A DNA stretch of 63,933 bases, the filler included, from Octopus bimaculoides (Eukaryota), in assembly GCF_001194135.2 (NCBI RefSeq). It is 5 parts of 5 records of this genome, joined end to end, with 100 filler letters (N's around TTAATTAATTAA, not from the genome) between each part and the next. Parts side by side here need not be neighbours in the genome. Positions count along the whole stretch, not along the records: positions 25,349 to 43,255 come from NC_068991.1; positions 43,356 to 57,505 come from NC_068984.1; 3 more parts are not named here. One strand, written 5' to 3'. Position numbers and translations under genes: made by a program. A model generated the notes under the pieces. The model saw nothing but the letters and a program-made list of their open reading frames with translations, made no database searches and was not told the origin of the DNA. This document shows positions 39,033 to 52,829 of this stretch, piece after piece (position 1 is the stretch's first letter; every line of letters begins with the position of its first letter).

Positions 39033-39431
39033 ACCTAACGCATGAGCTTCTGCATGGTCACTCCCCGTGTTGGAAATAATAGCCAAACATCTTCAAATCC
39101 CTTCTATTACCTTTAAACATTGTTACGGGAATACATTGAACAATATATTCTCAAAAAATATTAGTATGCACGAGACAGGGTGGTCACAATAAAAAGCTTG
39201 AGAGCGTAAATCTCTTGAAAGAGCGAAAGGTTAGCTCTAAAGAACGAAAGTAACAGATTTATAAGAAAATTATGAAGTATATTCGATAAAATGACTTTTG
39301 CTTCTTTACAACAGTATATTTCCTTATTTGGTGTGTAGTTTAAAACTTCCAAAATAGAGGTTGTCACTGCAATTATGATTAATAAGAAAGCTCGGCAGAT
39401 GTTTTAGCAAGAAGAAAATAGACGTCACTTA

Positions 39432-39474
<43 letters not shown>

Positions 39475-40384
39475 GGCGCGCGCGTGTAAAAGAGGCAGTG
39501 TTGGATAAAAACAAAAGCAACATCATCAACTGAAAACATTTTATGCAAAAAAAACAACCGAAACATTTTCTATTTGAAAACGTTAAGATATCAAATTATG
39601 GTTTCTTTCTGTCTCTTATATATTGTTTAATTCTTTAAAACATACTCTCATAATGATATCACATCTAATATATATATATGTGTGTGTGTGTGTATACACA
39701 TATATATACTAATATACATATACATATATACATGTATATATATTTACACATACATATATATTGTGAGTGTATGTGTGTGTGTTTGTGTGTGTGTTTGTGT
39801 TTGTGTGTGATCGTTCAGTTGATAAATGAGGACTATTTTCCGACAGATATGCACACGTCTCTCTACTTATATACTTACGTGTAAACTAAAGGGAAAAAAA
39901 TACGCGAAAAGAAAAGCAGTTTTAATATTTGTGATTAAACACACATTTGTGTTGTAAATTGCAAGTGTTTAAAGAAAATTTGTTTGTTTCCAGGCATATA
40001 TATGTTTACATGTTAATGAGTATATATTTCGCTATTTAAATAGTTTCGCCATCTTGGAAATCAGAAGCAAGACGATCTTTACGAACAGTTAAGTAACGGT
40101 AGAACCATACGGTTCGATCCTGAAAATAAGCAGTCGAAAAAAAGCCTTAGAGTCTAATTTCAGAAGTAATAGGTAGATATATAGATTGACAGTCAGAAAG
40201 GTAGATAGATACATAGATAAATTGAAAGACAGATAAAGATACAGATGGGCAGATATATAGATAGACAGACCGTTAGGCAGGCAGTGAGGCAATCAAGCAA
40301 TCAGGAAATCAACCAGAGAGAAAGACAGGCGAACAGATATAGGAAGACTGAGATACATATAAAGAGAAGCAGATGGGTAGGAAG

Positions 40385-40433
40385 AAAGAAAGAAACAAAC
40401 AAACAAACAAACAAAATAGATAGATAGATACAT

Positions 40434-40472
<39 letters not shown>

Positions 40473-40578
40473 GACAGAAAGACAGACAGACAGACAGACA
40501 CACAGACACACAGACAGGCTGAAAGACAGTAAGATAGACACATAGAAAGATAGATAGATAGATATATATATAGATAGG

Positions 40579-40613
<35 letters not shown>

Positions 40614-40630
40614 GTAGGTAGGTAGGTAGG
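40385..40630. repeat. Compound (AAAC)/(GA)/(GACA)/(GATA)/(GGTA) microsatellite
   Basis: Directly visible. Confidence 0.9.
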
Positions 40631-41949
40631 TTCTTGTTGCCCAATTCTTTTTCTCCTTCTTCCGCTAGTTCCTCCTCTCCATCCTCTTCTGCACCATTGA
40701 TCTTACCCCTCCCCCTTCCTTCCCTACCTCCCTAATCCTTCCACTCTATTATTGACCTTCTCTAACAAGAGAGCGCCAATTTCAGAGAACAGCCAGCTGT
40801 CATGGGTAGATAATTATTCTTTATTAATATCTCTTTTTATTTATTGTTTTCAAGATATATTATTTCGTGTTTTTTTTTTTTTGTTTTTTTTGTTTTTTCT
40901 TTCAAGAGGTTGGGTGTGAAATTTCATTTCTATAAATTCCAGAAAATTCTTCTCTCTTTTATCGCAAAATCTGATCTCTTTTGTCACAGATCCCCTAACC
41001 AATCCCCGTTCTCTACTGTAGCACTTTATAAAATAAAACGAGCTCATTGGACATTATAATCCTAGAACATTGTTTGAAAACAAACAAAACCAAAAACTCG
41101 AGTCGATCAATGTTTCCATACATTTTCCTATCATCGCTCCATTCTTTTTTTTCTTTTCCTTATCGCTTTCCATATTTTTTTCCCTTCTTTCCTTCTCATT
41201 AACTTTCTGATGTTTATTTCCTCCTTCTTCCTTGTCCGTATTGTCATAGACCAACTCCCGTTTCCCTACCTCCCTGATGAAGTTTGTTGTATCAAAATAT
41301 GTCAGGTGTTGTCTCATGCTCTTTCTTAGTAATTGACTATCATCTTTGTGTTTCTCTACACATAATTATTAATAGTTAGCATTTTTATGTTTTTACGTTT
41401 ATGAATTTGAGTTGCAAGGTTCCTGATGTGAAACCGTGTGCTGAAACATTTTTGCATTTCGGGATGATAATTATTATTATTTTTTTTTTTTTGCCAAATA
41501 AACACACGCACTATATATATTTGTTCTGCATTCGTTTATTACTGTCCATATTTCAACTCTTATCCGTCGTCTTGGAATCTCTGTGCAATAGATATGAGTT
41601 AAAATAAGAACAGTAATAAACGAGTGAAGAACGAATATATAGTGCGTGTGTTTATTTGGAAAAAAAATATGACCGTCGCGAAATCCAACAATATTTTTAT
41701 GTTCCCTGCATTAAATATGTTAACAATTCATACATCTCTCTATATATCTATCGCGCCTCATATTTTCAGTTATCTTTGTAATATCTTATTTATTGAATAT
41801 ATGACAAACTGGCACATATATTTAACTATCTCTCTATCAGTCACACAACACAAATATATTTTTTTGAATTATCCATATATTCCACCATATTACGTATATT
41901 AACTCCTAAAGGCTTCCAAAGGCAATCAATTTTCTACGCTTAGAGATGC

Positions 41950-42190
41950 CGTGGTAGCCAGATGTTGCGATATTGCGATATGCTGAAGAGATATTTGAAC
42001 AGCCCCGGCATCTACCCAGGCACCCAGGAGGAGGAGAAAGCTCTGCAGGCCGATGAATCGCGCCGATCGCTGAAGTTTGTAATTCCAGCCATTGGGGAGA
42101 AACAACAGTGAGAATACAAAAGGGCACATGAGAGGTATCACATGAACAGGCCTTGTTGGCCACATGCGAGCCTGCCAGAGATGATTGCTG
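41950..42190 (+). mobile_element. RTE-like LINE extreme 3' end
   Basis: ..TGLVGHMRACQR* resembles the terminal C2H2-like GL..H.R motif of RTE ORF2. Confidence 0.4.
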
Positions 42191-42323
42191 AAAAGAAACA
42201 TTCAATTTTTTACCTATCGACCTGTGTCAGATTCTCTATTTCAACATTTCTTTCGTAATTTCTCTCAATCCCTATCTTAAACTGTCATATCTATATATGT
42301 TCATTCACATAAAGTCTTTATAC

Positions 42324-42407
42324 CTCTCAGTTATTTACGGCCTGGTAAATACGAATATATCTGTAATTCACTGATGAGGTCTAAATAAGACTAGAACGTA
42401 CTGAGAG
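42324..42407 (+). ncRNA. Degenerate hammerhead/pLTR relic
   Basis: CTGATGA GGTCT AAATA AGACT AGAAC GTA. The GAAA motif is broken. Confidence 0.35.
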
Positions 42408-43255
42408 TTATTTCTTTTATTTACAAAAATGAGAAGTGTTCTTCACTGCATTGTTCAGAATCGATGGTTAATAAATTCAAATTTTCGACTTGTCTCTCTA
42501 GCCACAATCCATTATTAAATTTATTGCATTCTCTCTCGTTTCACTACTGGTGAAATTTTAATTAATTAAAAGATATTGTAAATCTGCCCGCTTAACTGTA
42601 TGTAATTTATGCAGAAGGTATCTCTCTGTTATTAACTCTATACCCCCACCGCTCACACATACACAATGAATCTTCTATTTAATTCTTTGTTAGCCTTAAT
42701 GGCCCCAGAATCAAATATGTTAACACTAACTTAACGATCACATTTTCACGCAGATGGCGTCTCTGAATTAATTAGCTGCCTAACTTAGACTGTTCTAATA
42801 TGTTTGTCTGACTCTCTCTCACACACATATTCACACAGACATAATTACTCTGCCTGACCGTCTATTTCTGCTTCTCTCTCTCTCTTATCTCTCTCTCTTT
42901 CTCTCTCCACCTATCTCTCATTATCTCATGCATCTGTACCTCTCACTCCCTCTCTACCCCTGCTGTCTACCCCGCTGTCTTTGTTCTCTCAATCTATCTT
43001 TGTCCTTTTTGTCACTCTGTCCCCTCTCTTCTCACAATCTATCGACTGTTGCGTTCCTTCACTCTCTCTCAATCATTCCCACTACATCACTCTCCTACGT
43101 CACAATCAACCAATCAACGCCCATTAACCTCCAAATATTACTCCCTCTCTCTCACTCACTCTCTCACTCTCTCTCTCCCTCTTCTCTCATACCTACTCAC
43201 TCACACATTTGCAAACTTCATAAACAAATCTAACACAATCTTTTACTATATGCAT

Positions 43256-43355
43256 NNNNNNNNNNNNNNNNNNNNNNNNNNNNNNNNNNNNNNNNNNNNT
43301 TAATTAATTAANNNNNNNNNNNNNNNNNNNNNNNNNNNNNNNNNNNNNNNNNNNN
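43256..43355. other. Artificial scaffold linker
   Basis: 44 N + TTAATTAATTAA (43300-43311) + 44 N. Confidence 0.95.
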
Positions 43356-44819
43356 ATATATATACACCCATACACACGATATGCGTGTATGTGTATACGC
43401 GTGTGCGTTTGTCAGTTTACGTTTATGTCAACAATAATTTCGTAGCTAATTCTTCTGAAAACTTTATTCATTTCCTTCTTTACATGTTTCAGATTTATTT
43501 TTCCTTCGGTAATAAATGATAGCAAAAGCGGAGAATAAAAAAAAAAACTTCCCGCTTTCTTTTTGCAACTGAAACAGCCATCGGCTCTACGTATATAAGT
43601 TACAACAGCTTTTTAGTGACCTTGCGTTTAACTGCTCTCATACGAAATTGATTCGCGTGATGGCTGTGGGCGGTTATAAGTAACCCTTTATTCTTCAACC
43701 AACTGTCTTATACAGCTCGTAGTGAATTTCTTGATGATGTTTGGTACTATTTCCTCAGCTTAGAAAATATAAAGAAACTTGAACATAATTTCAAAAGGTA
43801 GTACAAACGGCGAATATCAAATGATATTACCTGAAGGAGCGGCGACATGAAGCGAAAAATATATATATAAATGATATAAGAAAGAAATAGAAGAACTGGA
43901 AGATCTAAGAAGATTCCTGTTGAATCCAAGTGCCATATTAATGAATATTACTTTTTCCTGTTTATTTTACTAAAACACAGTTGATGTAATACTAAAGTAT
44001 CTGTTTAAGCATGCTGAGTATGTGTGGGGGGCTTCTTTCATTTCCTTGTGTTAGCAGGAAGCACAGGATTCCAGAGGGAAACGTTACTAGAAGTATCATC
44101 GACATAATAAGCCAATTAAACTAGCTGCATTAATTCCATTAATATCGCCACGGAAAAATGCGGTGAGGTACAGCACCAGTGAGGCAGCCTACTAAATTGA
44201 TTACATTATCGATTAAGTTGGTTATAACCATTCCGTAAATATTTGTGGCCGGTGCTACTGTAAGAAATCAATAGTACTTCAGAGGAAAGCCGAAGTTTGA
44301 CAGTAAGAAATAAAAAGTTGAACTAAATACTTTATATTCTTTAGTTCTTAGTTCAAATCACAGCAAAGTCGATTTTATTTCTTTTTTCACCTTTCTCTAG
44401 GTTCGATGTTATATAAACAGAGATTTACTTTTAAAGTAAATAATAACAGCAAGAGCACTCAGAGAGCGCAAACCTCCGCCAGTGTTTCTTTATGTTGGCA
44501 CTACGGCCACAACACAGAGGGGACACTACAAAGACAGACACAATACCACAGTGGGGACAAAAACATAAACCGAATGAAAATGAGATGTTACATAAAAAGG
44601 AAAAATGAAATGGCTGCATGGGCCCCACTCCCATGCAGTATCAATTTACAATCGTTCTATTATCTTATTGTTTTTTTTTTTAATCACGTTTTTACCGCTT
44701 TTTACCTCTTAAAAAAAAAACAAGCAATTTTCCTTTTTCCTTCTTTCTTCAATAAAACAATTTTACTTACTTTTTTCCTTTTTAATATCTAATGAAAGGT
44801 TCTAAATCTTTTAGCTCCG

Positions 44820-46090
44820 CTAAAGGTGGCAATTCATCGAACTCCACCATCACTCCTGGCAAGTCAATCCCTTCTCCACACGTTTTTTAGTCTGTTGTAG
44901 GTATCCTTGTCAACCACGATGGCCTTCACATTCTCGGAATACACATAGTATAGTTGCCCATGTGTATTCCGAGAATGTGAAGGCCATCGTGGTTGGCAAC
45001 TATACTCTTATAATATGTTTAAATTTAATACCTTCTTTTCAGTTTCTATGCTTTTTGCACACGTCACAAAATTTTATCGAAATTTACCTTTTCTTATTAG
45101 TTTTCTAATTTCCTGCTCCGCTCCTGGTACCTTCTTTTCTTCCACCAACTCTGAACAGTCTCTCCACTTGCGTTTCTAAATTTTCTTCCTCCACTGGAAC
45201 AACCGGTGTCTTAACCAATGACTGTTCCGTATGCAACTCCACCTCGAACACTTCAAGGTCCTTTTCGCTTATTTTATCCACCACCATTTCGTCTTCCTTC
45301 CTCCTGGTCTCCTCCTTTTCCATCTCTTCTTTCTTCTTTTTCTACTGCTCTGTCGGAGAGCTCACTCTCCCGCTTTTTTTTCTTTAAACACCGTGAACCC
45401 CTCCTCCGTTGCTTTCTCCTTTATCTCAACCTGTATCACCTGGTCCGTACTCTCCTGTCTCTCCGTCTGCTCTATCCGTTGTTCTCTCTGGGGACACCTC
45501 GCCTTCATGTAGTCCTTTTCCCCACATGTAGAACATATAGGCGGCCTGCCTTCTACCACCACTCTCAATCATACGTCATCGGGCAGCACTATCTCTTCGA
45601 CAATTCTGTATAGGTCTTCCACTGTTGCTTGTTTCTTTCAGCTCTGGGGGTACTTTGCCAACTCACATCCTGGCCACACGTTTGCCACAGTACGATGGCA
45701 AAAGTACCCATTCTTCTGATCTTATTGCCTCTGTGGAGTGCTTAATTGCACCCGCTTCTGATGCAAACACACCTCCACAGTAGTGTACTTTCTCCCTCTT
45801 GTTATAAATGTGTCAATGTGGTTAGTCTTTTTATATTCTTCAAACTTTCTTCAATAGCCTTTATTGTCGCTATTTCTATTTTTCTTATTGCTATCTTCAT
45901 TGTCTTATATATTACCGTTTTTTTCCATTACGTTGGTTCTTGGTTCCACAGGCGGCGTTAATTTCAGTGTATTTCCTTCTCACATTCCTTCATTTTTCGA
46001 GGTTCAACCTCGTACCTCCATCATTACCACGTATATCCCTTTTCCAGTTGCCGTCGCATAACTGTGGCCACCTGCTGGCGTTTTCTCCAT
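44820..46090 (-). mobile_element. L1/Tx1-like ORF1 pseudogene with CCHC knuckle
   Basis: ATG at 46090. Peptides EEWVLLPSYCGKRVAR and VVVEGRPPICSTCGEKDYMKARCP (C-x2-C-x4-H-x4-C with H changed to Y), an acidic tail, and VYSENVKAIVVDKDTY. Several frameshifts. Confidence 0.7.
44911..44995. repeat. 36-bp perfect inverted repeat with 13-nt loop
   Basis: 44911-44946 is the exact reverse complement of 44960-44995. Confidence 0.95.
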
Positions 46091-46730
46091 TTTTCCACAA
46101 TGGAAAAAAAAACAATAATTCACTAGCAACAATTTGAAAAGTAACAATCAATTAAACAAATATTTAATACTATGTCTTACGTCTAACATGACGAAAAAAA
46201 ACTCAAACCACCTGTGACATAAACCTCCGCCAAGGCAACACCAACGACCTTATTTCGTTTATTGAGCACATGGCTCTTATAGAGAGGGGACAGTACAATG
46301 ACATACAGAACAATACAATGGCTTACATAAACATACATATCGTATGAATTTATGGATACAATGAAAAATGAGGATGGAATGGCTTACCTGCCCCCATAAG
46401 CAGGCAGTTTCATTTAACTGTTTTTATATAACGTTTTACTAACAGTTTAATATTCTGTCTTGTAACTGTTGGCTTTCCATTTTTTCTTTTTCTTTTTAAT
46501 TAGTAACACATAGTCACTAATTATTCAGTTCTTAAATTTCCTCACTTACCCTCATTTACACTAAATACTTCATTAAATCTTTGAATGCCAGCACCGGCGG
46601 TAATTCATCAAAAACGATACTGTACCGGTTTCACTTATAACTTTTCACCAAACAATTCCTTTAACCTTTCTCCTCTCTCTCTTTTTAGTAGAACAGCTTT
46701 CAAACATACATTTTTCTCGTTGGGTGACAA

Positions 46731-46990
46731 TACAGAAACAATTCCTATCATAGTAGGTGCCTTAGGTATAATAAATAAATATTCAGACAAATACATAACA
46801 AAAACACCAGGACTTACAAATATATATAATATACAGAAAATTGCACTACTGGGCACTGCACACATCCTACGCAAAACACTTTCAATACAGTAACAATAAG
46901 AGCATCTCAGCAAACCACAGCACATACCCAAAGCACACAGAGCTGCGCTCGGTAGTGAAGTGAAAGCACGTTATAAAAATAAAACTACTG
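46731..46990 (+). mobile_element. Dong/R4-clade LINE 3' end, copy 1
   Basis: TETIPIIVGALG..IQKIALLGTAHILRKTLSIQ* (restriction-like endonuclease C-terminus), then a 3' UTR and an (AAT)n tail. Confidence 0.8.
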
Positions 46991-47722
46991 AATAATAATA
47001 ATAATAATAATTCCANNNNNNNNNNNNNNNNNNNNNNNNNNNNNNNNNNNNNNNNNNNNNNNNNNNNNNNNNNNNNNNNNNNNNNNNNNNNNNNNNNNNN
47101 NNNNNNNNNNNNNNNNNNNNNNNNNNNNNNNNNNNNNNNNNNNNNNNNNNNNNNNNNNNNNNNNNNNNNNNNNNNNNNNNNNNNNNNNNNNNNNNNNNNN
47201 NNNNNNNNNNNNNNNNNNNNNNNNNNNNNNNNNNNNNNNNNNNNNNNNNNNNNNNNNNNNNNNNNNNNNNNNNNNNNNNNNNNNNNNNNNNNNNNNNNNN
47301 NNNNNNNNNNNNNNNNNNNNNNNNNNNNNNNNNNNNNNNNNNNNNNNNNNNNNNNNNNNNNNNNNNNNNNNNNNNNNNNNNNNNNNNNNNNNNNNNNNNN
47401 NNNNNNNNNNNNNNNNNNNNNNNNNNNNNNNNNNNNNNNNNNNNNNNNNNNNNNNNNNNNNNNNNNNNNNNNNNNNNNNNNNNNNNNNNNNNNNNNNNNN
47501 NNNNNNNNNNNNNNNNNNNNNNNNNNNNNNNNNNNNNNNNNNNNNNNNNNNNNNNNNNNNNNNNNNNNNNNNNNNNNNNNNNNNNNNNNNNNNNNNNNNN
47601 NNNNNNNNNNNNNNNNNNNNNNNNNNNNNNNNNNNNNNNNNNNNNNNNNNNNNNNNNNNNNNNNNNNNNNNNNNNNNNNNNNNNNNNNNNNNNNNNNNNN
47701 NNNNNNNNNNNNNNNNNNNNNN

Positions 47723-47982
47723 TACAGAAACAATTCCTATCATAGTAGGTGCCTTAGGTATAATAAATAAATATTCAGACAAATACATAACAAAAACACC
47801 AGGACTTACAAATATATATAACATACAGAAAATTGCACTACTGGGTACTGCACACATTCTACGCAAAACACTTTCAATACAGTAAACATAAGAGCACCAC
47901 AGCAAACCACAGCACATACCCAAGGCGCACAGAGCTGCGCTCGGTAGTGAAGTGAAAGCACGTTATAAAAATAAAACTACTG
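47723..47982 (+). mobile_element. Dong/R4-clade LINE 3' end, copy 2
   Basis: Same peptide and UTR. May be an assembly duplicate. Confidence 0.7.
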
Positions 47983-48004
47983 AATAATAATAATAATAAT
48001 AATT

Positions 48005-48212
48005 CCAAATTTTCTCACGAGGGCAGCTATTTTATGGGGGAGGGATAGGTCGATTCATCGACCCCAGTGTTTCCCTGATACTTAATTTATCGAGCCCGAA
48101 GGATGAAAAGCAAAGTTGACCTCGGCAGAATTTGAACTCAGAAGGTAGCGATGGACGAAATTGCACTAAGCATTTCTTCCAGCATGCTAATGACTCTGCC
48201 AGCTCGCCACAT
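48005..48212 (-). mobile_element. SINE family A
   Basis: Reverse-complement match to family A. Confidence 0.85.
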
Positions 48213-48234
48213 TAACAACAACAACAACAACAAC

Positions 48235-48275
<41 letters not shown>

Positions 48276-48316
48276 TGATGATGATGATGATGATGATGAT
48301 CATGATGATGATGATG

Positions 48317-48376
<60 letters not shown>

Positions 48377-48379
<3 letters not shown>

Positions 48380-48677
48380 GACCTGGAAATAGAGATAACT
48401 CGAATGTGGAGTCTAAAAACAGAAACAATTCCTATCATAGTAGGTGCCTTAGGTATAATAAAAAAATATTCAGACAAATACATAACAAAAACACCAGGAC
48501 TTACAAATATATATAACATACAGAAAATTGCACTACTGGGTACTGCACACATTCTACGCAAAACACTTTCAATACAGTAAACATAAGAGCACCACAGCAA
48601 ACCACAGCACATACCCAAGGCGCACAGAGCTGCGCTCGGTAGTGAAGTGAAAGCACGTTATAAAAATAAAACTACTG
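48377..48677 (+). mobile_element. Dong/R4-clade LINE 3' end, copy 3, within (AAT)n
   Basis: KDLEIEITRMWSLKTETIPIIVGALG..LLGTAHILRKTL. (AAT)n lies on both sides. Confidence 0.85.
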
Positions 48678-48680
48678 AAC

Positions 48681-48748
<68 letters not shown>

Positions 48749-49324
48749 ATGTCGCAATATACCGCAGAGAGACAGATGTATAAGAAGCAAGCTGATGAAA
48801 CTGAACTACTAAAAGGAAACATTGGGCACAAGAATTGATATAATTATTTATTTTACTTTAAGCATATATCTTTGGTTTGAAGAAAAAAGCTAATATTACT
48901 GGGAGAATTACGAGTGCTTTGGTTGGCAGCATCTGTAGAGTGCTGGCAAAACAATGTCTATACAACAATGGAAGTGGTTTACATTCGCAAAATTGATGAC
49001 TGTTACAATGATAAATGTTACAATGTTAAAACATACCTTCAAGACATATAAATGCAAGTCTCTATCAAATTTGCATTTTAAGAAAGGTGCCTTAAAACTT
49101 AAATTTAACAGGGAAACTTTGTGAACAATAGCCAGGTAATGACTATTTCGATCTATATTGTAAAGTAGCATAGGGACGCTTTTTAAAGTCCTAAAAAATT
49201 CTGTTAATGGTTATAGCAACCGAGTATTGCGCTTTAGAATTTTATCCCGCATTACATTTTTGTTTAGGTTTTATATATCCGTCCATCTACCCATCCATCC
49301 ATCCATCCATCCATCCATCCATCC

Positions 49325-49560
49325 ATCCTCTCCTCACGATTCTTCGAAGAACTGAGTGCGTAGAGTCCTCTGGCACTTCCTCTATAGGTCCTATTGGAAG
49401 CAACTGTCATTAGACTTCGCGGCTGGCTTCCCAAACGTGACTGAGACTATTGATATTATCTAAACTTCTTGTTCTTGGTCTACCCCTACGTCTCCTGCTG
49501 GTTGGCACAGCCTAAAGAATTCCTCTTTTGATTCTTTACTGCGATATTCTAATGACATAT
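49325..49560 (-). mobile_element. RTE-like LINE 3' fragment
   Basis: Minus strand carries degraded H.LR..GRPR-like and LRTQ terminal remnants. Heavily frameshifted. Confidence 0.35.
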
Positions 49561-51366
49561 TTTATATGAGAACACATATGGAAAATAACCTCCATGGTTT
49601 ATGGTTGAGTGATTATTGCTGCTGTCTCCCTCAACCTTCACCAATCGGATTTTTGATCTATCAAAGAGAACCCTAGCTTTGGCCATCCTGTCTTTTCAGT
49701 CATAGTTTATCCGAGACTCTGTTAACCTATATGTATTATCTCTTTTCATTGACTGTAGGGTTTGATTTGAGAGGAATTTAGCTGTTATTACTCATAAGTC
49801 GCGCGTCTACATTTATTATCCTTTATTAGTTCGTGAAAATTATAGTTTCATTTTAGTTTCATATATTTTAATGTTACATAATGTATCATACAACACTTCT
49901 CACTACATACATCTGAGTGTAAAGCGACCCCATGATTTTGAAAGATCTGGATTTTCAATCAACTCTTTTTAGCAATATGGAACGTTATTAGTAATTAATT
50001 TCTTTTTAAGACTAGCATTAATTACTCTATTTACTCTCGTAAAAGTCCAAGCTTTAAACCATTTTATTCAGGTGAAATGTACGGCGCCATTATCGATATG
50101 TATATAATGTATCATTAGAGTATTAATATACCATGCAACGAGGAATGCGGCGATAGAAATAAACATTAATCAGTTGTATTTTAAAAACAAGCTTTGATAA
50201 TATGGAACTGCGATAATATATTGATAGATTTTTGGTTAATTGGCATCAATATCACAACTATTTACACCTAGATACATTAAATTTGGTAATATCAATAACC
50301 ATAGCGTATCTATGAAATTAGTGAGTGATATGCTAATTATATTAACTAACAGAAAGGGTGAAAATCTGGTTTTTATCATTTTTTATGTCCCTTTTGATGG
50401 GTAAATTTATTGATCTCTATGGCATTGCTTTATGTTTTCGATTTCATTCCATAGTTGTTTAAAGTGTAACCTTCAAACACACGAATGTCGCAGTAATATT
50501 TAAGACCATAGTATTCTTTCTGATAAATAATGTATTTAAGGCATTGAACATTGAAAAGCTAACTAGTAGTAATTATCCAGTGAGAAAAAGATGAGTTAAT
50601 GATGAACTTAAATTATTCCAGTAAATAAATTCAAACATGTTTTGGTATTATCAGACCTTCTCAGCGAAGCTTAGATGCCATCATACATGCTGAACGAATG
50701 ACGAAAGAATTACTAAGTATATCTAGAATATTATGCTCAAGTTGAAGTAGAAAATTAGCATATTTTAACTAAAACACTAAGAAAAATTAAATACAGACAG
50801 TGTCCACTGAAAATAATTGTTAGGTTCGCGCTAGCTTATTTAGTAATTAAGATAATGTTAGTTATTAAATCAAAATTGCATTATATTGACATATATATAT
50901 GAATATTAGTAATTGACTGTTATTTCTAATTGGTTTTTCTATTCCTCACTGTGGAAGAAAAAAAGCTGCTCAACGTCTGTGCATTGGGATACGAATACGC
51001 GAAGAAACTAAATTGTAATGCATTCTTATTAACTACACAACCATGTCCTCTTCCCAAGACTGATTTAATAATTAAAGCTAACAACTAACAACGGAAGTTA
51101 AGTTTCTGACATTCTGCAATGATGTTCCCTTTCCTGGTTAAGCTATTTTTACTTCAGATAAACCAGTAATATTTTTTTTAAAAAACATCTTCAACATCAC
51201 AGCACTGACTTTCCTGAAAACGAAATTCTTGTGTCTTCTCAAAAGAACACGTCATATTAAATTCTTGTGTGTGTGTGTGCACGTATATATATACACACAC
51301 AAGCACACACAAGCACACACATGCGCGCACACACATATACGTTCATATATACACACTATGTATTTA

Positions 51367-51419
<53 letters not shown>

Positions 51420-52829
51420 AAGGAGCAAAGACAATTGTTGACTCTAGTGTACTGTAAGTAAAATACTATCAAACGTACAAGGGAGAAAGTGAAAGTCGAG
51501 ACCTAAAAGAAATGAAGGTTAAAAATAAATATCAAACATAAAAGCAATTTAGTACGCCATTGAACGGCCTATACCTTAAGAAAACAAGTGCTTGTAAAAT
51601 ACTTTTCACCCACTTTCTCTATAATGTATTGATCAGGTGGGTCTGTTTATCGAACATCTGCAATACTTCTTAGTCGAATTTACCGGAAAAATGCATCGAA
51701 GGTGGGAAAAGAATTAAATGTCATCTGACGAGGCCGCATTAGAAAGTATTTTGCAGTGCCAGGCATGAGCTATCATATAAAATATAATTATTTATAAAAA
51801 ACAGATAATGTTTTTAAAGACTTTTCTTTGTATTTTGCCTCAATACAACTCACAGTAATGTAAAAACAATAACTTGATCTAAAATCATGTTATCTAGACA
51901 CGAAAAGCAATGAAAGATTAACAACTTAATCTAAAATGCTGAATGTCTAGTACAGTGACAATAGTCTTGTATGAAACCACAATACTGTGAAGCTATACTT
52001 AATAATTAATCTAGACACCGTAGGAAAAGTTGCACCAACATTTTTGCAACACTAATTCATAATAATTCTTAGCTGATAATGCTAAGTCTTCCAAGATGAA
52101 TAACTGGATACAAAGCAAAGGATAAATCTTTTTCTCACATTGGAGTCTTGTAGGAAACCGTAGTATCTCTCGTAAACGGTTGTCTCAGTAAATGTTGACA
52201 TTAATTAATACAGCTGTTTTGGGGTTCCTTGCATGTTACTTCAATACTCTATATACATGTTTGTGAAAGTATGTATGGATATATACATAGCAATATGAAA
52301 TTACTAAATGAATAGATATTCGAAAATATTTTTATAGACATCATTATTGATTATTATCATTAGTAAAATGAATAATAACAACAATAATATAGGTGGCCAA
52401 CAAGCAAAAGCCGATAAATGGCAAATCCAAAATTTTATAATTAACTTATAATTATAATTGGGCACCACGAAAAGCATCAATCACTGGAAAAATAACAAGC
52501 ACAACAGAAATCGGGCTACGAGCAAAGAAACTAACTTACCATTTCGGCCGAAAGCCATAGAATGTGTGTATGTGTTTGTATTTGTGGGGTGCGTGCTTGT
52601 AAGGGTTGAAACTGCGTTAGATAAAGAATACACTGTAATAATGTTATAATAATACAAACTAGAAACAGCGGCAGTAACAAAAAGTAGCTGGACTTCGAAG
52701 ACCAAACTACGAACTTCATCCTTTATTATGATAATAATATCAAATACAGAAAGGAAAATAGAGGACATTACAAGACAAATAAAGCGATTATGAGTCCTTA
52801 TTTTATATTGTTCTTAAAATATATATATA

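Noticed and set aside
40090-40125. GGTTCGATCC box B and a partial box A
   Set aside because: Too short for a cloverleaf and no SINE body follows.
46731-48677. Dong fragments as a regularly spaced repeat array
   Set aside because: Units are LINE 3' ends of unequal length separated by a gap, a SINE and microsatellites. Not a CRISPR-like or satellite array.
51724-51750. CTGACGA..GAAA hammerhead-like core
   Set aside because: No stem I, II or III pairing.
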